From Candidatus Aenigmatarchaeota archaeon (GTDB lineage: Archaea; Aenigmatarchaeota; Aenigmatarchaeia; QMZP01; QMZT01), in contig WVZE01000036.1 of assembly GCA_011772645.1 (NCBI GenBank), positions 1 through 46,725 on the forward strand: a DNA stretch of 46,725 nucleotides, read 5' to 3'. This document shows, piece by piece, positions 18,486 through 25,802 of this stretch. The number at the start of each line of letters is the position of its first letter. Position 1 is the first letter of the stretch. Made by a program: the position numbers and the translations under genes. The notes under the pieces were generated by a model that ran no database searches, had not been told where the DNA came from, and worked only from the letters and a program-made list of their open reading frames with translations.

Positions 18486-18920
18486 ATGGCAAATCAAGGT
18501 ATTACTTCTGGTAAAAAATTTTGCAGTTATTACATTCCGGACGAGGATGGTTGTAAGAAAGGAAATTACAACTGTCCCATGGCATGCGGTGAGAGCGACG
18601 AACTAATATTGGTTAGACAGGCACTCTGTCCAAGTTTTGATTACAGCGGGGGCAAAGGAGAAGATCTCATAGGTTTCTTAAGGCTTTTAGGAACAATGGA
18701 TGAAAACGTCCGGAGTCTGGCAGGGGAAAAGCTTGTAAGACTTACGTATGATAGTTTCGATGGATTTGACCACGGGAAACTAAAGAAAACGGCTGAGAGG
18801 TACGCAAATCTCCTGGAAACCAGTTTAAGAAATCGTATTAGGAAGAAAAACAAATTCCTAATTAGTGCTAGGAGAGCCTTAGTGCTTTTATATGGTTCGA
18901 GTATTAATGATCACATTTAG
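18486..18920 (+). CDS. Hypothetical protein with Cys-rich N-terminus
   Basis: 144-aa ORF in a somewhat AT-richer stretch. Contains CSYYIPDEDGCKKGNYNCPMACG; no family recognised. Confidence 0.4.
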   Translation: MANQGITSGKKFCSYYIPDEDGCKKGNYNCPMACGESDELILVRQALCPSFDYSGGKGEDLIGFLRLLGTMDENVRSLAGEKLVRLTYDSFDGFDHGKLKKTAERYANLLETSLRNRIRKKNKFLISARRALVLLYGSSINDHI

Positions 18921-18942
18921 AAGTAGATATGCATGATCTTAA

Positions 18943-19497
18943 TTAACCGCGGCTATCGAATTCTTTAAATATCTTCTCGAAAACCTTCTTTATCTCCGGG
19001 GTTTTTATGTTTAGTTTTCCGTCCTCGAAGAATTCCTCCAGGTCCTCGTGTTTTTCCGAGTATTTCAGCGCCTGCATGCACATCTCGAGCTTGTCGAGAT
19101 CCTTCACGAGCTCCGCTTCCTTTGATTTCCTGTATTCGAAATCCTCCCAGAGATCGTATATCTCTTTCGCTAGATCCTCAGGGAGGAAGGAAACGATTTT
19201 TTTCAGTCCCTGTTCTTCAAGCTCCCTCTTTTTCGAGTTAGGAACGACCTGATCCTCATCCCTTATCTTATCCGCTATGTCCCCGGAATAGACCTCGCAG
19301 ATGTCATGGATCAGGGCGAGCTTCACGGCTTTGCTGGAATCTAAACCCAGCTTTTTCGAATAAACATAAGCGAGAATCGCGAGCATGAAGGAATGGTCTG
19401 CCACGCTCTCCGGGTCGCGAACGCCCCTCTGAACCCATCCAGTGCGTTTCAGGTCCTTCAGTTCACTTACCTTTTTAGCGAAATCGAGGAGGTTCAT
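18943..19497 (-). CDS. HD-domain hydrolase, YfbR/HDDC2-like 5'-nucleotidase family
   Basis: RTGW...ESVADHSFMLA...LIHDICEVYSGDI...DKLEM matches the YfbR-type HD pattern. Confidence 0.75.
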   Translation of the reverse strand: MNLLDFAKKVSELKDLKRTGWVQRGVRDPESVADHSFMLAILAYVYSKKLGLDSSKAVKLALIHDICEVYSGDIADKIRDEDQVVPNSKKRELEEQGLKKIVSFLPEDLAKEIYDLWEDFEYRKSKEAELVKDLDKLEMCMQALKYSEKHEDLEEFFEDGKLNIKTPEIKKVFEKIFKEFDSRG

Positions 19498-19531
19498 GAA
19501 AATAATTATTTCATTAAATATAATAATAAAG

Positions 19532-20176
19532 ATGAACGAAAATATTGCTACTTTGGTTGGTCTGCATATAGGCGATGGTTCTTTAAGTAAATGGGTAAAT
19601 AAATCAACTGGAAAATTACAGGAAAAATGGACACTCTATCCAGGTGATAACATAAAGTTCGCTACTTCAGTGGTTCACTTCCTAAATAAATTGAATCTGA
19701 ATGCAAAAATTCATCCAAAAGACAAGAAATATTATAGAGTTGATTCATATGATGCAGTTGCCGTTTTAAAAAGATATTTCTTAACAGGAAATAAAACAAA
19801 GACTGTTGATATCCCTAAAGAATTCGTGCAAACACCTCTAATTAACAATGTACTGAAAGGGATTTTTTCCTGTGATGGATGCATAGCTTTCGGGAATAAG
19901 GGGATTTACCTATCGTTTGATACGGTTTCGGAAAGGCTTTCGAACAGTATTATGAAATCTTTGAAATTATTGAAATTAAATGCGTACCTTTACAAATATG
20001 AAGGTTTGAGAAAACTGCCAACGGGTAAAATATCAAAAAAAGAAATGTTTTGCGTAAGAATATGGTCAAAGAGCGATATTAATAAATTTATGAAAGAAAT
20101 AGGTTCAATAAACCCCAAACATCTTAAAAGATACAAAGAATGGCTGCGGGGGTACCCAAGTGGTCAAAGGGGCTAG
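19532..20176 (+). CDS. Free-standing double-motif LAGLIDADG homing-endonuclease-like protein
   Basis: Two LAGLIDADG-type motifs, LVGLHIGDGSL near the N-terminus and LKGIFSCDGCI about 100 aa later. Markedly AT-rich relative to neighbours. Start taken at ATG 19532 because the track start 19442 overlaps the HD gene. The last 31 nt overlap the tRNA-Leu gene. Confidence 0.6.
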   Translation: MNENIATLVGLHIGDGSLSKWVNKSTGKLQEKWTLYPGDNIKFATSVVHFLNKLNLNAKIHPKDKKYYRVDSYDAVAVLKRYFLTGNKTKTVDIPKEFVQTPLINNVLKGIFSCDGCIAFGNKGIYLSFDTVSERLSNSIMKSLKLLKLNAYLYKYEGLRKLPTGKISKKEMFCVRIWSKSDINKFMKEIGSINPKHLKRYKEWLRGYPSGQRG

Positions 20177-20249
20177 ATTGCCATGTGCAAGGCCAAGCTA
20201 AGGACCTAGTAGCTTAGTGCTTTCCTGGGTTCGAATCCCAGCCCCCGCA
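20146..20249 (+). tRNA. Class II tRNA, most likely tRNA-Leu, with a ~20-nt intron in the anticodon loop (about 20181-20200)
   Basis: Hand fold: acceptor GCGGGGG/CCCCCGC plus A73; class II D-arm CCC-AAGTGGTCAAA-GGG; long variable arm (AGC-TTAGT-GCT); T-arm CTGGG-TTCGAAT-CCCAG. The anticodon stem CTAGA/CCTAG encloses 27 nt instead of 7. Joining TTG to AGGA gives loop TTGAGGA (anticodon GAG). Splice points and anticodon are not certain. Confidence 0.65.
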
Positions 20250-20331
20250 TACACACTCTAGAAAATCCTATAAGCTTTAAAAGTTTTTATATTCTTAATT
20301 GCTTTAAATATACTTATTAATTGGTGGTCGC

Positions 20332-21114
20332 TTGAAAATAAAAATCATCAGCAAGAAAGGGGATACGTGGAGGTTCCTTCTCGACGGCGCTACTCCCGCC
20401 CTCGCCAATGCGCTGAGAAGGATAATGATGTCGGAAGTTCCAACCCTTGCGATAGAATGGGTTGACTTTCACGACAACACTTCCTCCATGTTTGATGAGG
20501 TGGTTGCCCACCGCCTGGGTATGATACCCCTGATTTTCGATCTCAAAAAGTTCAACTTCACAGAGGACTGCAAATGCAAGGGGAAGGGGTGTCCTCTCTG
20601 CCAGGTGGTTTTCTCTGCGGAAAAACCAGGCCCTTCAATAGTATATTCAGGGGATATGAAGAGCTCGAACAGGTCTGTAAAACCCGTGAATCCCGATTTC
20701 CCGATAGTAAAGCTCCTAAAGGGACAGAATCTGAAATTCGAGGCGATCGCAAACATGGGGAAAGGCAAGGATCACGCAAAATGGCAGGCAGCGAACGTTT
20801 CCTACCAGTACCTGCCCCAGCTGGAGGTGAAGGATCCCAAGGACCTGAAAAAGATCGTAAAATCCTGCCCACAGGGGGTTATGGGTGTTAAGAACAGAAA
20901 GCTTGTTCTGATCGACCCGTTCAAGTGCGATGAGTGCAGGATCTGCGAGGAGATGAGCGGGAAGGGGGTTGAGATCAAGAGCGACCCGAACAAATTCGTG
21001 TTCAAGGTCGAGTCTATTTCTGGTCTGGACCCGAAACAGATAATTCTGGAGGCTGCCCAGATCCTGGAAGAGAAGGCAAATGAATTTAAAAGTGAGCTCA
21101 AGAATATTAAGTGA
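20332..21114 (+). CDS. rpoD: DNA-directed RNA polymerase subunit D (Rpo3)
   Basis: N-terminal FLLDGATPALANALRRIMMSEVPTLAIEWV...NTSSMFDEVVAHRLGMIPL is typical of Rpo3/RpoD, and a Cys-containing ferredoxin-like insert is present. The ORF opens with TTG at 20332 preceded by GGTGGT, with no in-frame ATG nearby. Confidence 0.9.
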   Translation: MKIKIISKKGDTWRFLLDGATPALANALRRIMMSEVPTLAIEWVDFHDNTSSMFDEVVAHRLGMIPLIFDLKKFNFTEDCKCKGKGCPLCQVVFSAEKPGPSIVYSGDMKSSNRSVKPVNPDFPIVKLLKGQNLKFEAIANMGKGKDHAKWQAANVSYQYLPQLEVKDPKDLKKIVKSCPQGVMGVKNRKLVLIDPFKCDECRICEEMSGKGVEIKSDPNKFVFKVESISGLDPKQIILEAAQILEEKANEFKSELKNIK

Positions 21115-21311
21115 TGGGCAGAAAGCTTGTGGTGTACTGGATTTTTGGAGCGATCCTGGTGATGTTATCCTCATGGATCTTGGGGAACATAGAGCAGACC
21201 ACCGGAACTTCCCCGATATCTTACGCTCTTGCAGTATTCATAGCATTCGTTCTGGTTCTCGCCGGAGGCCTTGCCTGGATAACCGTTGCGTCCGTGGTGG
21301 CGAAGCATTGA
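21114..21311 (+). CDS. Small two-TM membrane protein
   Basis: 65 aa. Its ATG overlaps the rpoD stop (TGATG), and two hydrophobic helices are present. Confidence 0.4.
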   Translation: MGRKLVVYWIFGAILVMLSSWILGNIEQTTGTSPISYALAVFIAFVLVLAGGLAWITVASVVAKH

Positions 21312-21356
21312 TTCCCATAGGTTAAAAATAAAAGCGTCCCCGGACAATAATATATT

Positions 21357-21575
21357 ATGTTGAGGGAAAGGGAAAGGCAGGTTCTCGAGATCATAAACAG
21401 GCAGCTCCTGATAAGAAAGGAAGAGCTGAGGGGTCAGCTGAGAAACGAGGGATTCGATGACGGCATATCCGTGGCGAACAGGCTGATGGAACTGGGTTAC
21501 GTCAAATTCATTGAGGCCGTCGGAACCCCCTGCTACACGATCACGCAGAGCGGTATGAAAATCCTAAAAGGGTAA
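21357..21575 (+). CDS. Small winged-helix-like DNA-binding protein
   Basis: 72 aa. ERQVLEIINRQ...ELRGQL...VANRLMELGYV resembles a minimal wHTH. By eye only. Confidence 0.4.
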   Translation: MLRERERQVLEIINRQLLIRKEELRGQLRNEGFDDGISVANRLMELGYVKFIEAVGTPCYTITQSGMKILKG

Positions 21576-21651
21576 ACAAGCTATTTTTAAGATAAGGATA
21601 TAATTTAATATGGCAAGTTGACGTAGGCTTTGCCTGTGTCGCTCGAAACCC

Positions 21652-21775
21652 AGCCCCGTAGTCTAGCGGCCAAGGATGCCGGGCCTTGGAGCACAGCTTT
21701 AAGGAGTTGAGTGGGGATTATTTCCACAATGACAGAGGAAACCCGGTGACGGCGGTTCGAATCCGCCCGGGGCTA
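21652..21775 (+). tRNA. tRNA-Gln-like (anticodon TTG at 21686-21688) with a 51-nt intron at the canonical 37/38 position (about 21690-21740)
   Basis: Hand fold: A1:U72 acceptor AGCCCCG/CGGGGCT plus A73; D-arm GTCT-AGCGGCCAA-GGAT; anticodon stem CCGGG/CCCGG; T-arm GGCGG-TTCGAAT-CCGCC. The layout aligns well with archaeal tRNA-Gln as I recall it. The loop reads CCTTGGA, so C instead of the near-universal U at position 33, and the isotype is therefore tentative. Confidence 0.6.
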
Positions 21776-21776
21776 T
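21761..21776 (+). repeat. attL-like direct repeat (within tRNA 3' end)
   Basis: Perfect 16-mer ATCCGCCCGGGGCTAT, with GGTT also shared 7 nt upstream of both copies. Confidence 0.8.
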
Positions 21777-21833
21777 GCTATCTGAGTCCAGATTGGGGTT
21801 TTCAATAAAACTCCGGGCGTAAGGAGTATTAAC

Positions 21834-23012
21834 ATGAAACCCCAAATAAACCTTGAATATAGCAAAATGGTAGAAAAACGAATTAAAACTTTTGAGGAAA
21901 AGGACAAAGTAAGACCCAGAAACAAAGAGCTTGTTCTGAAATTTGTCGAGAACGCAATAAGAGAAGGTATAGGAGAAAGGAGGATTGTGAAGTATTTTGG
22001 CGTGTTTAAAAACATTGACAACTTGCTTGGAAAGGACTTTGACAAAGCAATAAGGAAAGATATAGAGTTACTTGTAGGTAAAATAGCGACTTCCAAATAT
22101 GAAGCATGGACAAAATGGGCTTACAGAGTGATGATAAAGAAATTCTATAAGTGGCTCGAAGGTAGGAATGAAGAATATCCAGAAAAGGTAAAATGGATTA
22201 AATCCAAGCAAGGACCATGTAAAATAACTGTTCCCGAAGACCTTATAACAAGGGAGGATCTCAAAAAGCTAATAGAGACCTGCACAAGCGACAGGGACAG
22301 GTGTATTGTCGCCTTGCTTTATGAAAGTGGCTTTCGTATTGGCGAATTGCTAGGACTCAAAATAAAAGATATTGACTTTAACAGCGACCCTGTAAAAATC
22401 CTAGTAAATGCGGAGAAGACCAAAACCAAAAGGAGAGTCCCTATCGTTGAATCCGTTGGTTACATAGCAAGGTGGATTCAATCACACCCGGACAAAAAAC
22501 CACAATCCAGATTATTCGTAAATTGCGGGAAATACGCAGGAAACTCAATGAGTGCTCATTGTGTACGTAAGGTTTTGAAAAGACTCAAGGAAAATCTCAA
22601 CAACGGAAAGAAGTTAAATCCTCACTTATTCAGGCATTCCAGAGCGACGGAATTGGCAAACCATCTAACAGAAGCACAGATGAATAAGTTCTTCGGCTGG
22701 GCAAACGGCTCGGACATGCCGTCTGTATATGTTCATCTTTCCGGGAGAGACATAGACAACGCTATACTGAATTTGTATGGGAAAGGGAACAGAGAGGAAA
22801 AACTTCAGGGAAAATTGACACCTAGACTTTGCCCTAGATGTAAAGAAAATAATCTAGAGACAGATACGCTTTGTTTAAACTGCGGATTGCCCCTTGACGA
22901 AAAAACAAGAATGGAATTTATGAACAAAGCAAGGCATATGCAACCCATATACGAGAAAATCGAGGAGCTAATAGAGGCAAAAATCAAGGAAATTCTAAGT
23001 CTCAAGACCTAA
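21834..23012 (+). CDS. Tyrosine recombinase / phage-type integrase with C-terminal zinc-ribbon extension
   Basis: GFRIGELLGLKIKDID (Arg box), HLFRHSRATELA (HxxR) and SVYVHLSG (catalytic Tyr region), followed by CPRCKENNLETDTLCLNCG after the catalytic domain. Confidence 0.85.
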   Translation: MKPQINLEYSKMVEKRIKTFEEKDKVRPRNKELVLKFVENAIREGIGERRIVKYFGVFKNIDNLLGKDFDKAIRKDIELLVGKIATSKYEAWTKWAYRVMIKKFYKWLEGRNEEYPEKVKWIKSKQGPCKITVPEDLITREDLKKLIETCTSDRDRCIVALLYESGFRIGELLGLKIKDIDFNSDPVKILVNAEKTKTKRRVPIVESVGYIARWIQSHPDKKPQSRLFVNCGKYAGNSMSAHCVRKVLKRLKENLNNGKKLNPHLFRHSRATELANHLTEAQMNKFFGWANGSDMPSVYVHLSGRDIDNAILNLYGKGNREEKLQGKLTPRLCPRCKENNLETDTLCLNCGLPLDEKTRMEFMNKARHMQPIYEKIEELIEAKIKEILSLKT

Positions 23013-23116
23013 AAACCGATAGGCAGTGATATGTGGAAATTACAACAGGTATGTGTTTATAAACCGCATGGTTATTCCATTCATGAATGAAAAAAACGAA
23101 AACTTTATGGGAAGAA

Positions 23117-23136
23117 TTGTCAATTGCTGTTGACAA
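23117..23136 (+). promoter_or_regulatory. Inverted repeat TTGTCAA-N6-TTGACAA upstream of the element's wHTH gene
   Basis: Read directly. A further TTGACAA copy lies at 23751-23757, upstream of the RHH gene. Confidence 0.35.
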
Positions 23137-23168
23137 GGAAGTCAAAAGGAGAATTATGGAGGATCCTC

Positions 23169-23378
23169 ATGGTAGAAAATTACGATTTCGAGAAAATGCT
23201 TAGAGACATACTCAAGGAAAGACCCGTAAGCGTGGACACAATATCCGCCATAACAGGCTATCCATCAAACTACATAATTATGAAACTTCGCAGATTGCAG
23301 AAGTGGAACGAGGTAAAACCGGTAACAAAAAAGGAAGTAACGTTCTGGGCTTTGTGTAACGGGCAGGAGGTTTCTTAA
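23169..23378 (+). CDS. Small wHTH-like DNA-binding protein (element-encoded)
   Basis: 69 aa from ATG 23169. VSVDTISAITGYPSNYIIMKLRRLQKWNEV resembles an HTH recognition segment. The track ORF opens upstream at a TTG (23124). Confidence 0.45.
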   Translation: MVENYDFEKMLRDILKERPVSVDTISAITGYPSNYIIMKLRRLQKWNEVKPVTKKEVTFWALCNGQEVS

Positions 23379-23539
23379 TGAATGGCACTCGTTATCGGGC
23401 GAAGTGCCCTCGCTTGTCGAAGGACAAGCCCGTATCGTTGCCTTCTCTCCACTTCCACTACTTTGGCGATACCCGAAGGGCTTTTATTCGGGGAAGTGGG
23501 TCGAGGAAGCGGGAGCTCCTGAGACCCAAATTCAAATAA
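23378..23539 (+). CDS. Possible 53-aa basic ORF (below track cutoff), or alternatively a structured RNA region
   Basis: Hand translation gives MNGTRYRAKCPRLSKDKPVSLPSLHFHYFGDTRRAFIRGSGSRKRELLRPKFK. Its ATG overlaps the previous stop (TAATG). The region is GC-rich and hairpin-rich, so coding status is uncertain. Confidence 0.25.
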   Translation: MNGTRYRAKCPRLSKDKPVSLPSLHFHYFGDTRRAFIRGSGSRKRELLRPKFK

Positions 23540-23549
23540 AGGAGGAAAT

Positions 23550-23717
23550 ATGAAAAGATTAACACCAACTCAAGCAATCAGAAAGAAGTGTCTGGATTGT
23601 TCATGTGACCAGATTAAGGAAATTCGCAATTGCCCCATAGAAAGCTGTTCACTTTTTCCTTTCCGAATGGGAATGAGACCTGAGACCTACAAAAAAAGGG
23701 AAGAAAAAAATACCTAG
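23550..23717 (+). CDS. Small Cys-rich (zinc-finger-like) protein, 55 aa, below track cutoff
   Basis: Hand translation gives MKRLTPTQAIRKKCLDCSCDQIKEIRNCPIESCSLFPFRMGMRPETYKKREEKNT. A strong AAGGAGG lies 7 nt upstream. The CxxC...CPxxxC pattern resembles small mobile-element proteins I recall from phages and plasmids. Confidence 0.55.
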   Translation: MKRLTPTQAIRKKCLDCSCDQIKEIRNCPIESCSLFPFRMGMRPETYKKREEKNT

Positions 23718-23922
23718 AAAGCTAGGTAGTTATTTCACATAATTCCCTGTATTGACAATTAACCTATTAATGTATCTTATCTAGGACTTCACTTGATTAG
23801 TATAGAAATAACTTTACAACGAGCCGATAGATAACGGAAATTGAAAAACCACGAGAGAAAAAATACCCAAAATTCATCAAAATCTGAGGAGTTTCAGACA
23901 CTAAAAATAGGGTGTGCACACC

Positions 23923-24129
23923 ATGACAAGCAAGATAACTTTAAGCTTTGGTGTAAGGATGGATAAAAATCTAGTCGAAAAGCTAGACAAAATAGTGAAA
24001 GAATCTGAATATTTGAACACGAACAGGTCGGAAGTGATAGAATCAATCCTGAAGGCGTTCTTTAAATCGAAATTCAATCATCTGGAAAAGAGCAGAGAAT
24101 TGGTGATAATAGGCAGGAAGGAGGTTTAA
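23923..24129 (+). CDS. Ribbon-helix-helix (CopG/Arc/MetJ-like) protein
   Basis: KITLSFGVRMDKNLVEKLDKIVKES...NRSEVIESILKAFF fits the beta-strand plus two-helix RHH pattern. Confidence 0.6.
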   Translation: MTSKITLSFGVRMDKNLVEKLDKIVKESEYLNTNRSEVIESILKAFFKSKFNHLEKSRELVIIGRKEV

Positions 24130-24165
24130 ACATATTAATTTAAATTCATGATTTAATTCTAAAAA

Positions 24166-24900
24166 ATGGCAGGTGAAAAGGTATTAAAAAAGGAATTTGT
24201 AGATAAATTAGATGAAGAAAGACGCCATGAAGAAGTATTGAAACAACAGAAAAATTTTAATAAAAAAAAATTGGAGCAAGAAAGGAAATTTCATAAAGAA
24301 AGGCTGACACTTTTGAAAGAAATTGAAGAAGAAAAAAGTTCTTCCTTTTCATTATGGAACAAAATTTCAACTGCTCTTATGATAATTTTAGTTTTCGCTA
24401 ATGTTATATTAGCCTATGTATCATATCAGGGAATGCAAGACAATAGAATTTTAATAAATAAAACATTAGAAACATTATCCCCAATAGAGCCTGAGATAGA
24501 AATACGACTTATGAATGAGGTTAAAAGTCGTTCGTTCTCAACAAGATCATTAACAAGAGTATTTAGAGATGAAAACAATAATCAGTTTAGTGGAGCCATA
24601 TTAAATTTTAAAGTCATTAATTATGGGAGAAGGGATAGTGGACCCGTCCGTTTATATGTAGAAAAGAGTAATTTGACCAAAAGTTACAGTACTTATCTGG
24701 AAAATGTAAATGGTACAGAGTATGTACAACTCAGTTTATGGTACAAAGATTGTGGACATATAGATGGTGATTGTGATATTGAAAAGATACCTACTGGTAT
24801 ACAAGAAATAACGGTGGGTGTAAGATGTGATGGATGTAAAACTACGCTTAAAGAAGAAAAATATGAAATATGTATTTACGATAATACAACGAAATGCTGA
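24166..24900 (+). CDS. Hypothetical membrane-anchored protein: Lys/Glu coiled-coil N-terminus, one TM, Cys-containing C-terminal domain
   Basis: 244 aa and very AT-rich. TM segment ISTALMIILVFANVILAYVSY. The C-terminal part has 6 Cys (CGHIDGDCD...CDGC...C...C). Confidence 0.45.
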   Translation: MAGEKVLKKEFVDKLDEERRHEEVLKQQKNFNKKKLEQERKFHKERLTLLKEIEEEKSSSFSLWNKISTALMIILVFANVILAYVSYQGMQDNRILINKTLETLSPIEPEIEIRLMNEVKSRSFSTRSLTRVFRDENNNQFSGAILNFKVINYGRRDSGPVRLYVEKSNLTKSYSTYLENVNGTEYVQLSLWYKDCGHIDGDCDIEKIPTGIQEITVGVRCDGCKTTLKEEKYEICIYDNTTKC

Positions 24901-24955
24901 TTTTCTGAAGTCTTAATAAACACACCAATTTAAAACCTTTGGCGAATTTTGAAAT

Positions 24956-25717
24956 ATGAGAAAAGAAAGCAAAGAACTTACTTTCGCAATCAAGGCTGCG
25001 AAAGAAGCGGGAAAAATAACCTTAGATCAATTTGAAAAATTCAAGGATGTTAGTTACAAACCCGGCGAAGAGATCGTTACAGACGTGGATGTAAAGGCTG
25101 AAAGAAAGATCAAGGAAATTATAAAGAAACATTTCCCTAAACATAACATTCTGGCTGAGGAGGAGGGCGAAGATTTCGTTTCCAGTTCAGATTATCTTTG
25201 GATTATTGATCCTGTTGACGGAACAGTGAATTATAGTAGAGGGATAAAACTTTATGGGATTTCAATCGCCTTGGCAAAAAACAATGAAGTAGTTCTCGGG
25301 GTGGTCTACAATCCCATCTTTGATGAGCTATTTACAACTGAAAGAGGTAAGGGCGCATTCCTTAACGGTAAAAAGATAAAAGTATCTTCAGAAAATGAAC
25401 TGTTCAAAACAGTTATTTATTCAACTGAATTGTTCAGGACTAAAGAGATTATAAAAAATCTTTTCGATAGAGTTAGAAATTTGAGAATCACAAGTTCCTC
25501 TGCTTACGAGACATGTCTGGTTGCGTGTGGAAAGGTGGATGCGTATATCAAGGTTACGAATGTTCCTTGGGGCTTTGCCGCTGCCAATTTAATAGTTGAA
25601 GAGGCAGGAGGGAGAGTCACGAATTTTGATGGCTCTAAGTGGAACATTCACTCTAAAAATATTCTTTCTTCGAATGGAATTTTACACGAAAAAATCTTAT
25701 CACTTTTGGAAAAATAA
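24956..25717 (+). CDS. suhB: Inositol monophosphatase family protein (IMPase/FBPase-type)
   Basis: ILAEEEG, WIIDPVDGTVNY and the distal WGFAAANLIVEEAGG blocks are IMPase family signatures. Confidence 0.85.
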   Translation: MRKESKELTFAIKAAKEAGKITLDQFEKFKDVSYKPGEEIVTDVDVKAERKIKEIIKKHFPKHNILAEEEGEDFVSSSDYLWIIDPVDGTVNYSRGIKLYGISIALAKNNEVVLGVVYNPIFDELFTTERGKGAFLNGKKIKVSSENELFKTVIYSTELFRTKEIIKNLFDRVRNLRITSSSAYETCLVACGKVDAYIKVTNVPWGFAAANLIVEEAGGRVTNFDGSKWNIHSKNILSSNGILHEKILSLLEK

Positions 25718-25786
25718 AAACACCACTTTTAAATCGAAGTTCTGAATTATATATAGAAACCCCCTAAATCGTACTCAGTGGTTTAC

Positions 25787-25802
25787 ATCCGCCCGGGGCT
25801 AT
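25787..25802 (+). repeat. attR-like direct repeat (tRNA 3' end remnant)
   Basis: Second perfect copy of ATCCGCCCGGGGCTAT. It overlaps the stop codon of the minus-strand gene 25799-26200. Confidence 0.8.

Larger units (their letters stand above)
21761..25802 (+). mobile_element. Integrated element (~4 kb) inserted at the 3' end of the tRNA-Gln-like gene, bounded by 16-bp direct repeats
   Basis: ATCCGCCCGGGGCTAT occurs at 21761-21776 (tRNA T-stem/acceptor 3' end) and again at 25787-25802. A tyrosine integrase gene starts 58 nt after the tRNA. The interior is visibly AT-richer than the flanks and carries small regulator-type genes. Confidence 0.8.

Noticed and set aside
19442-19531. Upstream extension of the LAGLIDADG ORF
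   Set aside because: It overlaps the start of the divergent HD gene. The LAGLIDADG motif begins a few residues after ATG 19532, as expected for the family.
20469-21174. Several 99-152 aa alternative-frame and antisense ORFs across rpoD
   Set aside because: All overlap the well-supported Rpo3 frame and lack motifs.
21697-21703. CTTTAAG, which would read as an anticodon loop with TTA (ochre-suppressor-like)
   Set aside because: It lies inside the inferred intron and has no flanking complementary stem, so it is a coincidence.
21652-21775. Initiator tRNA-Met reading, suggested by the A1:U72 pair
   Set aside because: No CAT anticodon can be placed in any loop register. The exon sequence resembles archaeal tRNA-Gln, which also has A1:U72.
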